IMG/VR virus record: IMGVR_UViG_3300033073_000980
Span: 8,080 to 72,079 of that record
DNA length: 64,000 bases
Source: a virus
Lineage: Duplodnaviria; Caudoviricetes
Reading direction: 5' to 3' (one strand)
Every line of letters begins with the position of its first letter. Positions within the stretch are counted from its first letter, which is position 1. Shown piece after piece: positions 44,322 through 52,434 of the stretch. The notes beneath the pieces were generated by a model. That model worked only from the letters and a program-made list of their open reading frames with translations, made no database searches and had not been told where the DNA came from. A program made the translations under genes and the position numbers.

Positions 44322-44774
44322 TTAGAATTGTTTAGTTGTTTTAGTTAAACTTTCTTGTAACGCTTTAGAAAACGCCTTTCGGTTTAACGGAACTTCGTTG
44401 TTTTCAACGTTTAAAAACATTGCAAAAACAAACGTTCTTCTTTCACCAACTGATTTGAAACAACCTGAACCAATACAAATACTGGTCTCAACAATATAAT
44501 CTTTTCTCAACCATTGGATTCCCATGATGTTTAGTATTTGCTGGGGTGAGTAAATACTATCTATCCCAACCTGAACATCAAAAGCAACTCCTGAATCAAC
44601 AGGGGTGTATCCTTTATTGATTAAAAGCTCTTCGACTTCTTCTTTAACTCCAAAAGTAACATTCCTACCCCCAATCGTTTCGATGTGCTGGTTGTTATTA
44701 ACATGCACTTTAACGAAGGTAGTATCTTTAATTGGAGCTAATGCAAATAGTATAGAAGCGAGTGTGCTTAACAT
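44322..44774 (-). CDS. exported alpha/beta protein, CsgG/TolB-N/LptE-like fold (tentative)
   Basis: Short hydrophobic N-terminus; GVKEEVEELLINKGY helix...AFSKALQESL C-terminal helix. Confidence 0.45.
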   Translation of the reverse strand: MLSTLASILFALAPIKDTTFVKVHVNNNQHIETIGGRNVTFGVKEEVEELLINKGYTPVDSGVAFDVQVGIDSIYSPQQILNIMGIQWLRKDYIVETSICIGSGCFKSVGERRTFVFAMFLNVENNEVPLNRKAFSKALQESLTKTTKQF

Positions 44775-44778
44775 CTAT

Positions 44779-44786
44779 TATAAATA
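44779..44786 (-). promoter_or_regulatory. class 2 (TATTTATA) putative late promoter of the lysis run
   Basis: 4 nt upstream of the ATG at 44774. Confidence 0.5.
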
Positions 44787-45770
44787 TCAGTAAGTCACCT
44801 GTCCGGCATAGCCTGGAGCAATAATATACAAACTTAATGTACCTCCTGAAGTTAAAGTTGAGGTTGTATATGTAGATACTCCCGGGTAAGTAGCTCTTGT
44901 GTTTATTTTTGCTGCTTTGATAGCATTATATTCAGCAGTAGTGAAAATACGAACATCAGGAGCTGTTCTCCATCTAGAAAATAAGCCAGCCTTCCTCGCT
45001 GCCACGTAATATTTATCTGCTATTGAAATCGCCCCGTCATCATTAACATCAAACATATGATAAGACAATCCATTCCTAACTGTCTTCCCTAATATTAAAT
45101 TAGATACTCCTTGAATGTCTGTGTTGTTATAAGCTTGAACTCTGGTTGGGGCTGATATTTCAATATAATATTCTTTTGAAGGATCATAACTTTCCGAAAT
45201 AGAGTAGTACCCTGATGAATTAGTGTAGATAGTTTTGTATAAAGTCCATGAAGAAGTTGTAACTAGGTATTCAAATTCCAATACATAAGCAAGGCTAGAA
45301 GTTCCATTTAAGTCATTCCATCTTCCTCCAGATACAAATTGAACATAATCTTCATTACCTGAGTTATTTGGTTCTCCTGAGTTCCAGTTAGTGTAGGAAT
45401 AAGTTTCTCCTGTGACCCATCTCCAAGTTCCCTCTGTTACTTCATCTGTAAGTCCGATCCACCCTGAGGGCCATAATCCGAATATGAACGATTGCTCTCC
45501 TGAGCTTGTAATTGTTACTAAATGCCCGCCCATATTTGCACAATTAGACTTCGCTATTTGCCAGTTTGCCGTTCCTGTAGATCTATAATAAGAATGCCCG
45601 TTGTAGTTCTGCTGGTTAGTGAATCCAGTGATAGTTGAGTTTGTTCTTCTATAAAGTTTAACAGCAACGTTATTTGCTCCTGATCCGTTTGCATTATACA
45701 AATACCCTGAATAAGTAAATTGTCCTAGCAGAGAATTTGTTAATAGTAAAAATACAACAAGTAATCTCAT
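44787..45770 (-). CDS. secreted C-type lectin + dockerin-like protein
   Basis: SP ...SLLG|Q; CTL motifs YNGHSYY, WIGLTD, WNSGEPNN, WND; dockerin-like NLILG...DVNDDGAISIAD. Confidence 0.85.
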   Translation of the reverse strand: MRLLVVFLLLTNSLLGQFTYSGYLYNANGSGANNVAVKLYRRTNSTITGFTNQQNYNGHSYYRSTGTANWQIAKSNCANMGGHLVTITSSGEQSFIFGLWPSGWIGLTDEVTEGTWRWVTGETYSYTNWNSGEPNNSGNEDYVQFVSGGRWNDLNGTSSLAYVLEFEYLVTTSSWTLYKTIYTNSSGYYSISESYDPSKEYYIEISAPTRVQAYNNTDIQGVSNLILGKTVRNGLSYHMFDVNDDGAISIADKYYVAARKAGLFSRWRTAPDVRIFTTAEYNAIKAAKINTRATYPGVSTYTTSTLTSGGTLSLYIIAPGYAGQVTY

Positions 45771-47095
45771 AATAGTAATTTAGCTCCCATTAATATTTGG
45801 TAGTTAAGTACACTCTGACTAGCAACATAAGTTCCACCTCCGGTTAATCCAACTCCAAACGTCTTAGTTAGTTTATAATTAAAGTTAAAGAAGGGAATGA
45901 TGATTGGCTTTGCTTCAAAGAGAGACTCTGTGTAATACTTGGTATACGGTGAATATACACAGGCTGCTATTATAGTAGCATCCAAAGCTCTTGCTAACTT
46001 ACCTTTGTACATAAACCCTCCAATAGCTAAAGTTGAAATCATTTCTTCTCCGTAAAGGTTTCCATAGGTTCCAGCTGCTCCGTAGAGTGCTGTAAAGTTT
46101 TTAACTGAGTTTACTCTGACTGCTAATGCTGTATTAGACCAAGATTTAGGTAAGATACCAAAAGCATCTGAAACTACATTGATGTGTTTGTTTCCTTTTT
46201 TGTTAACTCCAATCCAGGATCTCATTACTGAAAGGTTTCCAATCCGGGCATTAACCATGTAATCGGCTGAGAATCCTAATGAGGCTGTTCCGTCTCCTTT
46301 TACTCTAGTGAAGGACATAGTTCCTCTTGCATCCCTAGATCCATCATCTGCTTTTTGAACTCCAACAATATCTCCTGTAACTAAGATTGCAGGCTTGGCA
46401 ACTTCTGCTTTTGCTTTAGAGGTTGACTTAGCTGTTGAGTTAGAAGACTCTTTCTGAGTTTCGGTCTTCTGTTCTTCTACTTGCTGTTCGGTTGGCTTGT
46501 CTTCTGTTTTCGGTTCTTCTGTTTGTCCTTGTCCAGACCCGGAACCGCCGCCATTGCCACTGCTACCAGAAGAGGACCCACTGCTACCACTAGAACTAGT
46601 ATTGCCTGAAGTATTGCTTGCATCGGAGTTCTGGTTCGTATTCGACTGAGGATTTCCATCTTCTTGTTTGTTATTTGAAGTACTTACCGATCCGGTACCT
46701 GTTGAAGTTGCACCTCCTACATTTGTTCCTACTGATGTAAATGACCCAACGTTGGCAATAGAATTTAAGTTCATTACACTATTAACAACGTTTGAAGCCA
46801 AGTTACTCGATGTGGTCGTTGTAGTTGTTGCTACTGCCCCTTGACATGGAGAGGTTGACTTGTATTTATTATAAGTATCAAGCATCCATAAATCAAAGGT
46901 TCCATCTTGTAGTTCAACATAGCTAAACGTTCTAATCTGATTATAATAAACAACCACAATCGGGCTATTCATATCAGCGGTTATAAACTTGCTTTCTTTC
47001 GTACAAGGATCAATATACGAATAAAGAAAGGACTGCCCGTTTAGAGACAGTCCTATCATAAATAAAAATAATAATATTTTAGTTTTTAAAGACAC
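45767..47095 (-). CDS. exported protein with Ser/Gly/Thr linker and predicted outer-membrane beta-barrel C-terminus
   Basis: SP ...SLNG|Q; low-complexity linker; alternating strands ending FNYKLTKTFGVGLTGG...YQILMGAKLLL. Confidence 0.65.
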   Translation of the reverse strand: MSLKTKILLFLFMIGLSLNGQSFLYSYIDPCTKESKFITADMNSPIVVVYYNQIRTFSYVELQDGTFDLWMLDTYNKYKSTSPCQGAVATTTTTTSSNLASNVVNSVMNLNSIANVGSFTSVGTNVGGATSTGTGSVSTSNNKQEDGNPQSNTNQNSDASNTSGNTSSSGSSGSSSGSSGNGGGSGSGQGQTEEPKTEDKPTEQQVEEQKTETQKESSNSTAKSTSKAKAEVAKPAILVTGDIVGVQKADDGSRDARGTMSFTRVKGDGTASLGFSADYMVNARIGNLSVMRSWIGVNKKGNKHINVVSDAFGILPKSWSNTALAVRVNSVKNFTALYGAAGTYGNLYGEEMISTLAIGGFMYKGKLARALDATIIAACVYSPYTKYYTESLFEAKPIIIPFFNFNYKLTKTFGVGLTGGGTYVASQSVLNYQILMGAKLLL

Positions 47096-47774
47096 CGTTC
47101 CTGATTAAGCTTTCAATTACTTTAGTTGTAGCAGTCTCTAAAGACTTTCTAGTTGCTTTACCAACAGTGCTTTGTGAAAACTTCATATCAAGACTCTTCA
47201 GGAATGATTCTCCTACTTTAGTTGCTTCTCCCTCTCCTGAGCCGATGTATACTTGTCCGGTCATTGCATCCACGAACCGAACTTGGAGGCGTAAGAAAGT
47301 AGTAACGACAACTTTGCTCTTACCTTTCTCAACAGTCTCGTCTTCATCAACAGCAAAATCGGCCACAGTAACATAAACAAAGTAACGAGCAGCTTTAATT
47401 TTACCCTTTCCATCAATGGGCTCTTCGAAGACTCCTTTCTTTGAGGCTTTGAATTGGGTAACCATCCGTTCTTTGATTTCGGACTTTTCTTCGGTGAATA
47501 TAAATCTTCCTGTTTCATCTAAATAATCTAATACTGATTCTGCAAAACCTAAACCAACATTCTTTTCTTGAAGGTCTGGGTATAGAGCTAGAACCTTGGT
47601 CATATCAACGTTAATTACCTGAACAGCATATTTTAAACTGTCTGTGTAATTAGATACTGTTGAGATGTCTTTGGTCTCAATAACATCCTGCTCGGTGGTA
47701 GTCTTCATAGAACCACATCCGGCTAATGTCATAACCACCAAGGTCATAAACTTATTGAACCATTTTTTTACCAT
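47079..47774 (-). CDS. CsgG-family lipoprotein
   Basis: Lipobox LAG|C; GFAESVLDYLDETGRFIFTE, YFVYVTVADF, LQVRFVDAMTGQVY. Confidence 0.75.
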   Translation of the reverse strand: MVKKWFNKFMTLVVMTLAGCGSMKTTTEQDVIETKDISTVSNYTDSLKYAVQVINVDMTKVLALYPDLQEKNVGLGFAESVLDYLDETGRFIFTEEKSEIKERMVTQFKASKKGVFEEPIDGKGKIKAARYFVYVTVADFAVDEDETVEKGKSKVVVTTFLRLQVRFVDAMTGQVYIGSGEGEATKVGESFLKSLDMKFSQSTVGKATRKSLETATTKVIESLIRNGVFKN

Positions 47775-48094
47775 GGATCTTCTTCTTTAGCGGGTTCAGC
47801 TTTAGCAGGAGCAGCTGCTGGCTTTTCAACTACACGCTCTTTAATGATTGTGTTTGTTCCACCACCTTGCTTAACTTGCTGTTTGTTCTCTTGATTCTGT
47901 TGAACGTTAATTACAACAGGAGCAGCAGAACTAGCAGGAGCTGCTTGTTCAGTTTTAACTTCTTCTTTAGGCTCGTCACCACCGCCTAAGTGGGTTACAA
48001 ACCAAGCACCGCCGGCTGTAACTGCTGTAGTGATAGCACCAATGATTGCTTTCTTGGTAGCTGACATTACGCTTTCTTCTTTTTCTTCTGACAT
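47768..48094 (-). CDS. single-TM protein with low-complexity periplasmic stalk
   Basis: TM AIIGAITTAVTAGGAWFV; Ala/Pro/Glu/Gln-rich, ends EEDPW. Confidence 0.7.
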   Translation of the reverse strand: MSEEKEESVMSATKKAIIGAITTAVTAGGAWFVTHLGGGDEPKEEVKTEQAAPASSAAPVVINVQQNQENKQQVKQGGGTNTIIKERVVEKPAAAPAKAEPAKEEDPW

Positions 48095-48095
48095 A

Positions 48096-49988
48096 TTATT
48101 TATTTATAATTATTTTTGAAGTTGAGATTTTAGTATCTGTTTTTACAGACATTAAATAAAAGCCGTTATCTAAAGGAGTTAAATTTACTAAGTATTTGTA
48201 TTCTCCAGCAGGCATTTTGGTATTGATAACCTCCATTACCTCTCTTCCAATCAAATCACTAACAGATACTTCAGTTTGAGATTCTTGCTCAACTTTAAAT
48301 TGAACCATTACCTCACCTTGGGTTGGGTTAGGAAAGATAATAACTTCTCCTAAGTCGGTCAACTTAACAGGCTTATTAATTCTTCTTACTTCAATTACTC
48401 CCATGGCTGGAGTGATGTTCATATCTCTTGCATCATCACCTCCAACAAATTTAGGACCGGTCCAGATTGCAGCACTACCCCATTCTGATTGAGGCTTCTT
48501 AGCAATGAATTGCATAGTTAAGATCTGCTCACCATCGTTGATTAATTGATTACCTTTTAAGTCAGCAGCACCAAAAGCAACTACTCCGTTATCAGGGCTA
48601 GTGTATGAAGTCCAATTCATCATCTTTTCAGTCAAGTCAATTTTCTTGAACTCAAGTAATGCTGTGTCGTACTTTAACTCTAATTGAACTGCACCTAACT
48701 GTTTTCCGTTAGTAAGCATCTTAACAGGAACGTTAACTAAGTTACCTTCATCAACTTTAACCTTAGGCATATTAACTTCAATAGTCTCAGTTACATCATC
48801 ATACTGAACTGTGTTATCAATAATGTAATTCTTAGCATTGGTTGGGTTGATAATCTTAATAGGAGTCAAACGAGCCATCTTAAAGCCAGTTGCGTTTGCA
48901 TCTCCTTTAACTGCTACATAGTAAGTAATTGAATCCTTACCATCAATTGAGTAAGTCAAGTTATTAACAGTAGAGTAAGTAGAAGTTAAGTTAGTAGCTG
49001 CTCCATTGATTGCATTAAATTCGGCAACAGTGAAGAACATTACATCCTTTTTAGAATTAGGCCAAGCATTAAATCTACCTGCCAATCTTCCATATACTGA
49101 ATAAACATCTACAATGCTGATTGTTCCATCAGTTCCGTTAACGTCCATTGTGTAGTAATCAAATCCTGAAGGAGTGTATTGAGCTAAGACTGCTTGGTTG
49201 ATCTTCTGTGCATCAGCAGTTGAGAATACTGAACCAGGAGTCATTGTATCTCCTTTGATTGCCATTCTAACATCCCAGTAGGTAGTATCTAAGAATTTTC
49301 TGAATACAACATGACCTAGTGAGTTAGTTGCTTTAGCTTCTACTTGAGTCCAGGTTGAAGAACCTTTTGCTCTTTTCTCTAAAGATACCCACAAGTTCTT
49401 AGCATCTGAACCTGTAACGTTCTTAAACTTAGCAGCAAATCTTAACACCTTCTGATTGAAACGACCACCGTAAGAATAAACTACCAAAGTAGTATCATTA
49501 CCCCAGTTAGTAGCAGCTTTGTTTGCAAATGATTTAACTCCGGCTACTTTTAAAGTCTTAATAGAATCTAAGTTGTTCCAGATAGCTTCTCCGGCATGAG
49601 TGAAAGTTAAATCAAAGGTTGCTCCATCAGAATAATTGAAAGTTGAGTTAGTACCTGTGTAAACAACAGTAACTGTTAAGAACCCTTGAGCATTACTATC
49701 TACATACTGTAAGTACTGGTCTGTAGTAGAAATCTTCAATGTAGGAACAACTCCGGTGAATGCAGTGTTATCGTAGTAAATACGGTACTGCATACCTGTA
49801 ATCTTCTCAGAAGTAGATGTGTTGTAAAAATAAAGAGGGGCAACAGTTTGTCCGACAGTAGTTGTAGCTACTTGATAACCAGAATCAATTACTACCCAGT
49901 GCCCTGTTCCAGGTGAGGTTGATGCTGATTGTGCCGATACTCCGAAAACGGCTAAGGCCGTTAGAAGAAATGCGATGAGTTTTTTCAT
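48096..49988 (-). CDS. T9SS type A cargo: cohesin-like, dockerin-like, cohesin, CTD (scaffoldin-like)
   Basis: SP ...GVSA|Q; ITGMQYRIYYD; DVNGTDGTISIVD...KGDAN; VNVPV...LGAVQLELKYDTALLEF; IFPNPTQG...DLIGREV...NGFYLMSV...KIIINK. Confidence 0.85.
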   Translation of the reverse strand: MKKLIAFLLTALAVFGVSAQSASTSPGTGHWVVIDSGYQVATTTVGQTVAPLYFYNTSTSEKITGMQYRIYYDNTAFTGVVPTLKISTTDQYLQYVDSNAQGFLTVTVVYTGTNSTFNYSDGATFDLTFTHAGEAIWNNLDSIKTLKVAGVKSFANKAATNWGNDTTLVVYSYGGRFNQKVLRFAAKFKNVTGSDAKNLWVSLEKRAKGSSTWTQVEAKATNSLGHVVFRKFLDTTYWDVRMAIKGDTMTPGSVFSTADAQKINQAVLAQYTPSGFDYYTMDVNGTDGTISIVDVYSVYGRLAGRFNAWPNSKKDVMFFTVAEFNAINGAATNLTSTYSTVNNLTYSIDGKDSITYYVAVKGDANATGFKMARLTPIKIINPTNAKNYIIDNTVQYDDVTETIEVNMPKVKVDEGNLVNVPVKMLTNGKQLGAVQLELKYDTALLEFKKIDLTEKMMNWTSYTSPDNGVVAFGAADLKGNQLINDGEQILTMQFIAKKPQSEWGSAAIWTGPKFVGGDDARDMNITPAMGVIEVRRINKPVKLTDLGEVIIFPNPTQGEVMVQFKVEQESQTEVSVSDLIGREVMEVINTKMPAGEYKYLVNLTPLDNGFYLMSVKTDTKISTSKIIINK

Positions 49989-50446
49989 TTTTGTATGTTA
50001 GTTAATTGAGTTATTGCATGCTGTTTTAACCAAGGTTCAGGATTGTCTAACTTGTCAATAAAGTCAAGCTCGTACCTGTAACACCATGCTTCCTCTTGCT
50101 CAGGAATTATGATGTACCCTTTCTGTAAAACATGCAAATGCAAACTCTCATGAACTAACACCACTGCAAGGTTGTTAATTGAATTTAACTGCACATCTTT
50201 TATGGCAACCAGTATCGTTCCTTTGTTTCCATAACTTCCTTCATTAGAAGAAAAACCGGAAGACCAGAACTCTACCCTCTCACAAACACTATCTAACAAC
50301 TGATACTTTTCAATATCTGTTTTTTTAATTAACTGTAATGCTGAATCTATTTTTTGATCCCATCCGTCACCGGCTTTGTCTACTTTTATTTGAGCGTAAG
50401 CTAAGTTGGCTATAAGTAACAAACTAGTTAGAAATAGACCTTTCAT
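49985..50446 (-). CDS. secreted zinc metallopeptidase-like protein
   Basis: SP ...LAYA|Q; LVHESLH plus downstream EEAWCY. Confidence 0.7.
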   Translation of the reverse strand: MKGLFLTSLLLIANLAYAQIKVDKAGDGWDQKIDSALQLIKKTDIEKYQLLDSVCERVEFWSSGFSSNEGSYGNKGTILVAIKDVQLNSINNLAVVLVHESLHLHVLQKGYIIIPEQEEAWCYRYELDFIDKLDNPEPWLKQHAITQLTNIQK

Positions 50447-50454
50447 GATTCTGT

Positions 50455-50462
50455 TATAAATA
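50455..50462 (-). promoter_or_regulatory. class 2 (TATTTATA) putative late promoter of the surface module
   Basis: 8 nt upstream of the ATG at 50446, immediately after the nrdJ terminator. Confidence 0.55.
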
Positions 50463-50463
50463 G

Positions 50464-50490
50464 AAAAAGGCCTGCGTTAACAGGCCCTTT
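50464..50490 (-). terminator. rho-independent terminator after nrdJ
   Basis: GGCCTG/CAGGCC stem, 6-nt loop, U5 on the minus strand. Confidence 0.8.
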
Positions 50491-50511
50491 CTCAAACTTT
50501 TTCGATTAAGT

Positions 50512-52368
50512 TTATTTGATCTCACAAGCACCGCCGGCACAAGCAGCTTCTCCTGCTAGATCGGTCATATCTTCCATCTCAACTACCTTAGTCAAATCAA
50601 GGTCTGCCAATACAGAAAGTAACTTTTCGTAAGTCTCTTTATCGCAATCCTCAAAAGGTAACTGCGGGTAATTAGGATCACTGTAAGGAAGTACTGAAAG
50701 TCCATTGTAAGATTTTCTATTCTCCCACATCCATTCTCCAACTGCTTCCCATTCGTTATCTTTAATAGAGATTGTGGCAGAGACGTTGTGAGTATTGTTT
50801 CCTTTGCGGTGACCGGGCTTAATCCACTCCTTAGTTACTCGTTTTACTCTTTCTAGAAGATCAAAAGGTGATTCTGTTCTTAGAATTGCTCCTTCTGGTG
50901 CTTTTTGAGGCACGGTAATGATTGCAGTATCGTGAGGACGGTTCTCGCAATCCTCGATTAACTCTGGGTGATTGATTGAAAGGTAAGTGTAAATTGCTTC
51001 ATTCTTACCTACTCTCATTCTTCTTAGATAGTAGTCGTTATGCCATGCATGAATTCCACTAGAAGTTCCAAGTGTTAGAGAGGTTGTACCTGCAGGCTTA
51101 ACTGTAGTACATCTGGCGGCACAATTGATTCCTAAGATACCGGCAACCCTTTCATTCTCTGCTTTTACTATCTCGGCAGCCTCTGTCATATCGTAATTCA
51201 AAACAACGCCTGAACCAATACCGGTCATTGATACTCCAATCAAAGCTTCTTTCTCAGTTGTTCTTTTCCAAACCTCTCTCAAGTAATGGAAGTCAGAATA
51301 ACCTGCTTGCAAAGTTCCGATCAAGGTTGCTGCTTTAACTCTACTGTTAAAATCTTCCTGAGACTCGATATCAGAAACATTTACTTCGCATAAGTTACAG
51401 AATTGGAAAGGACGTAAAGCAATCTCACAGCATGGGTTAGTTCCCCACTCTAAGTTATTGGTGAAGTAGATTCCTGGTTCACCTGCTCCTGAATGTTCGA
51501 TTCTTTTCCAGATATCCAAGAACTGTTCTTTCTCGGTTGTGCCTCTAAGCAAAACTGCTGAGTTGTTAGCTCTTCCACGTTGAGGGTTCAATTCATACCA
51601 AGCACCAGACTTGGCAGCGATCATCTCATCGTCATCGGCTGAGAATAAAGAAATCAAAGCAGCTCTTCTAATACCGCCGGCCAATACTGCATCAGCAATA
51701 TGACAAACCATATCGTGAACTTCGATAGTAGTTAATCTTTGACCGTCTTGTTTTGCCTCAAGCATACCTTCTAACTTTGCCAAACACTCTCTCAAAGGAG
51801 CAGGTCCGGGTGCTTTACCGCCGGCAGTAACCAACCTAGCACCTTTAGGTCTGATATCTGAAAAATCAAACTCAATAGTAGAAGTTCCTCTGAAATAGGA
51901 TTTCATTAGAACCTTAACTGCATCAGCCCATCCTTCAATAGAATCTCCAACTAAGAATCTTTTCTTTCTGTTTGGATTTGGTTTTCTGATTTCAGGTAGT
52001 TTTTCTACATGCTCGTATTGAACTGAGTAACCAACTCCGGTTCCGCCTAGTAACAAGAACATTACTTCACCAAATGCTCTCCAATCATCGATTGGTAAGA
52101 AAGCACAGTTGTAAATACGGGCAGGATTCACTTCGATAGGACGGCCGGCAAACTGCATCGACCTCATCGAAGGTAAAACCTTCTTGTCGTAAACGTACTT
52201 ATAAGCTGCCTCAATTTCTTCTGCCATCGCAGGGTACTTCTTTTGATGCATCTCCTTGTTTCTTGAAACCAACTCTTCCCATGTTTCTCTTCGGTTCAAA
52301 TGCGGTTGGTATTTCGCATATTTTAAAAAGACCGTAACGTCGCTTAAAATTTTCTGACTAATATTCAT
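50512..52368 (-). CDS. nrdJ: class II (adenosylcobalamin) ribonucleotide reductase
   Basis: IYNCA, GTGVG, RRAALISL, TNPCCEI...CNLCE, TTVKPAGT, ACAGGACE. Confidence 0.95.
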   Translation of the reverse strand: MNISQKILSDVTVFLKYAKYQPHLNRRETWEELVSRNKEMHQKKYPAMAEEIEAAYKYVYDKKVLPSMRSMQFAGRPIEVNPARIYNCAFLPIDDWRAFGEVMFLLLGGTGVGYSVQYEHVEKLPEIRKPNPNRKKRFLVGDSIEGWADAVKVLMKSYFRGTSTIEFDFSDIRPKGARLVTAGGKAPGPAPLRECLAKLEGMLEAKQDGQRLTTIEVHDMVCHIADAVLAGGIRRAALISLFSADDDEMIAAKSGAWYELNPQRGRANNSAVLLRGTTEKEQFLDIWKRIEHSGAGEPGIYFTNNLEWGTNPCCEIALRPFQFCNLCEVNVSDIESQEDFNSRVKAATLIGTLQAGYSDFHYLREVWKRTTEKEALIGVSMTGIGSGVVLNYDMTEAAEIVKAENERVAGILGINCAARCTTVKPAGTTSLTLGTSSGIHAWHNDYYLRRMRVGKNEAIYTYLSINHPELIEDCENRPHDTAIITVPQKAPEGAILRTESPFDLLERVKRVTKEWIKPGHRKGNNTHNVSATISIKDNEWEAVGEWMWENRKSYNGLSVLPYSDPNYPQLPFEDCDKETYEKLLSVLADLDLTKVVEMEDMTDLAGEAACAGGACEIK

Positions 52369-52401
52369 TGCTTTGTGTTTTGTAATGTATTTGATAAGTA
52401 T

Positions 52402-52434
52402 CCAGTTTTTTTAAAAAATTCCCTGTTTTTTTAA
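52402..52434. repeat. 13-nt direct repeat pair upstream of nrdJ
   Basis: CC(A/T)GTTTTTTTAA at 52402 and 52422 (20-nt period). Confidence 0.6.

Noticed and set aside
46500-46830. Short imperfect DNA repeats (CCACTGCTACCA etc.)
   Set aside because: Explained by the Ser/Gly/Thr low-complexity linker of the 45767-47095 protein
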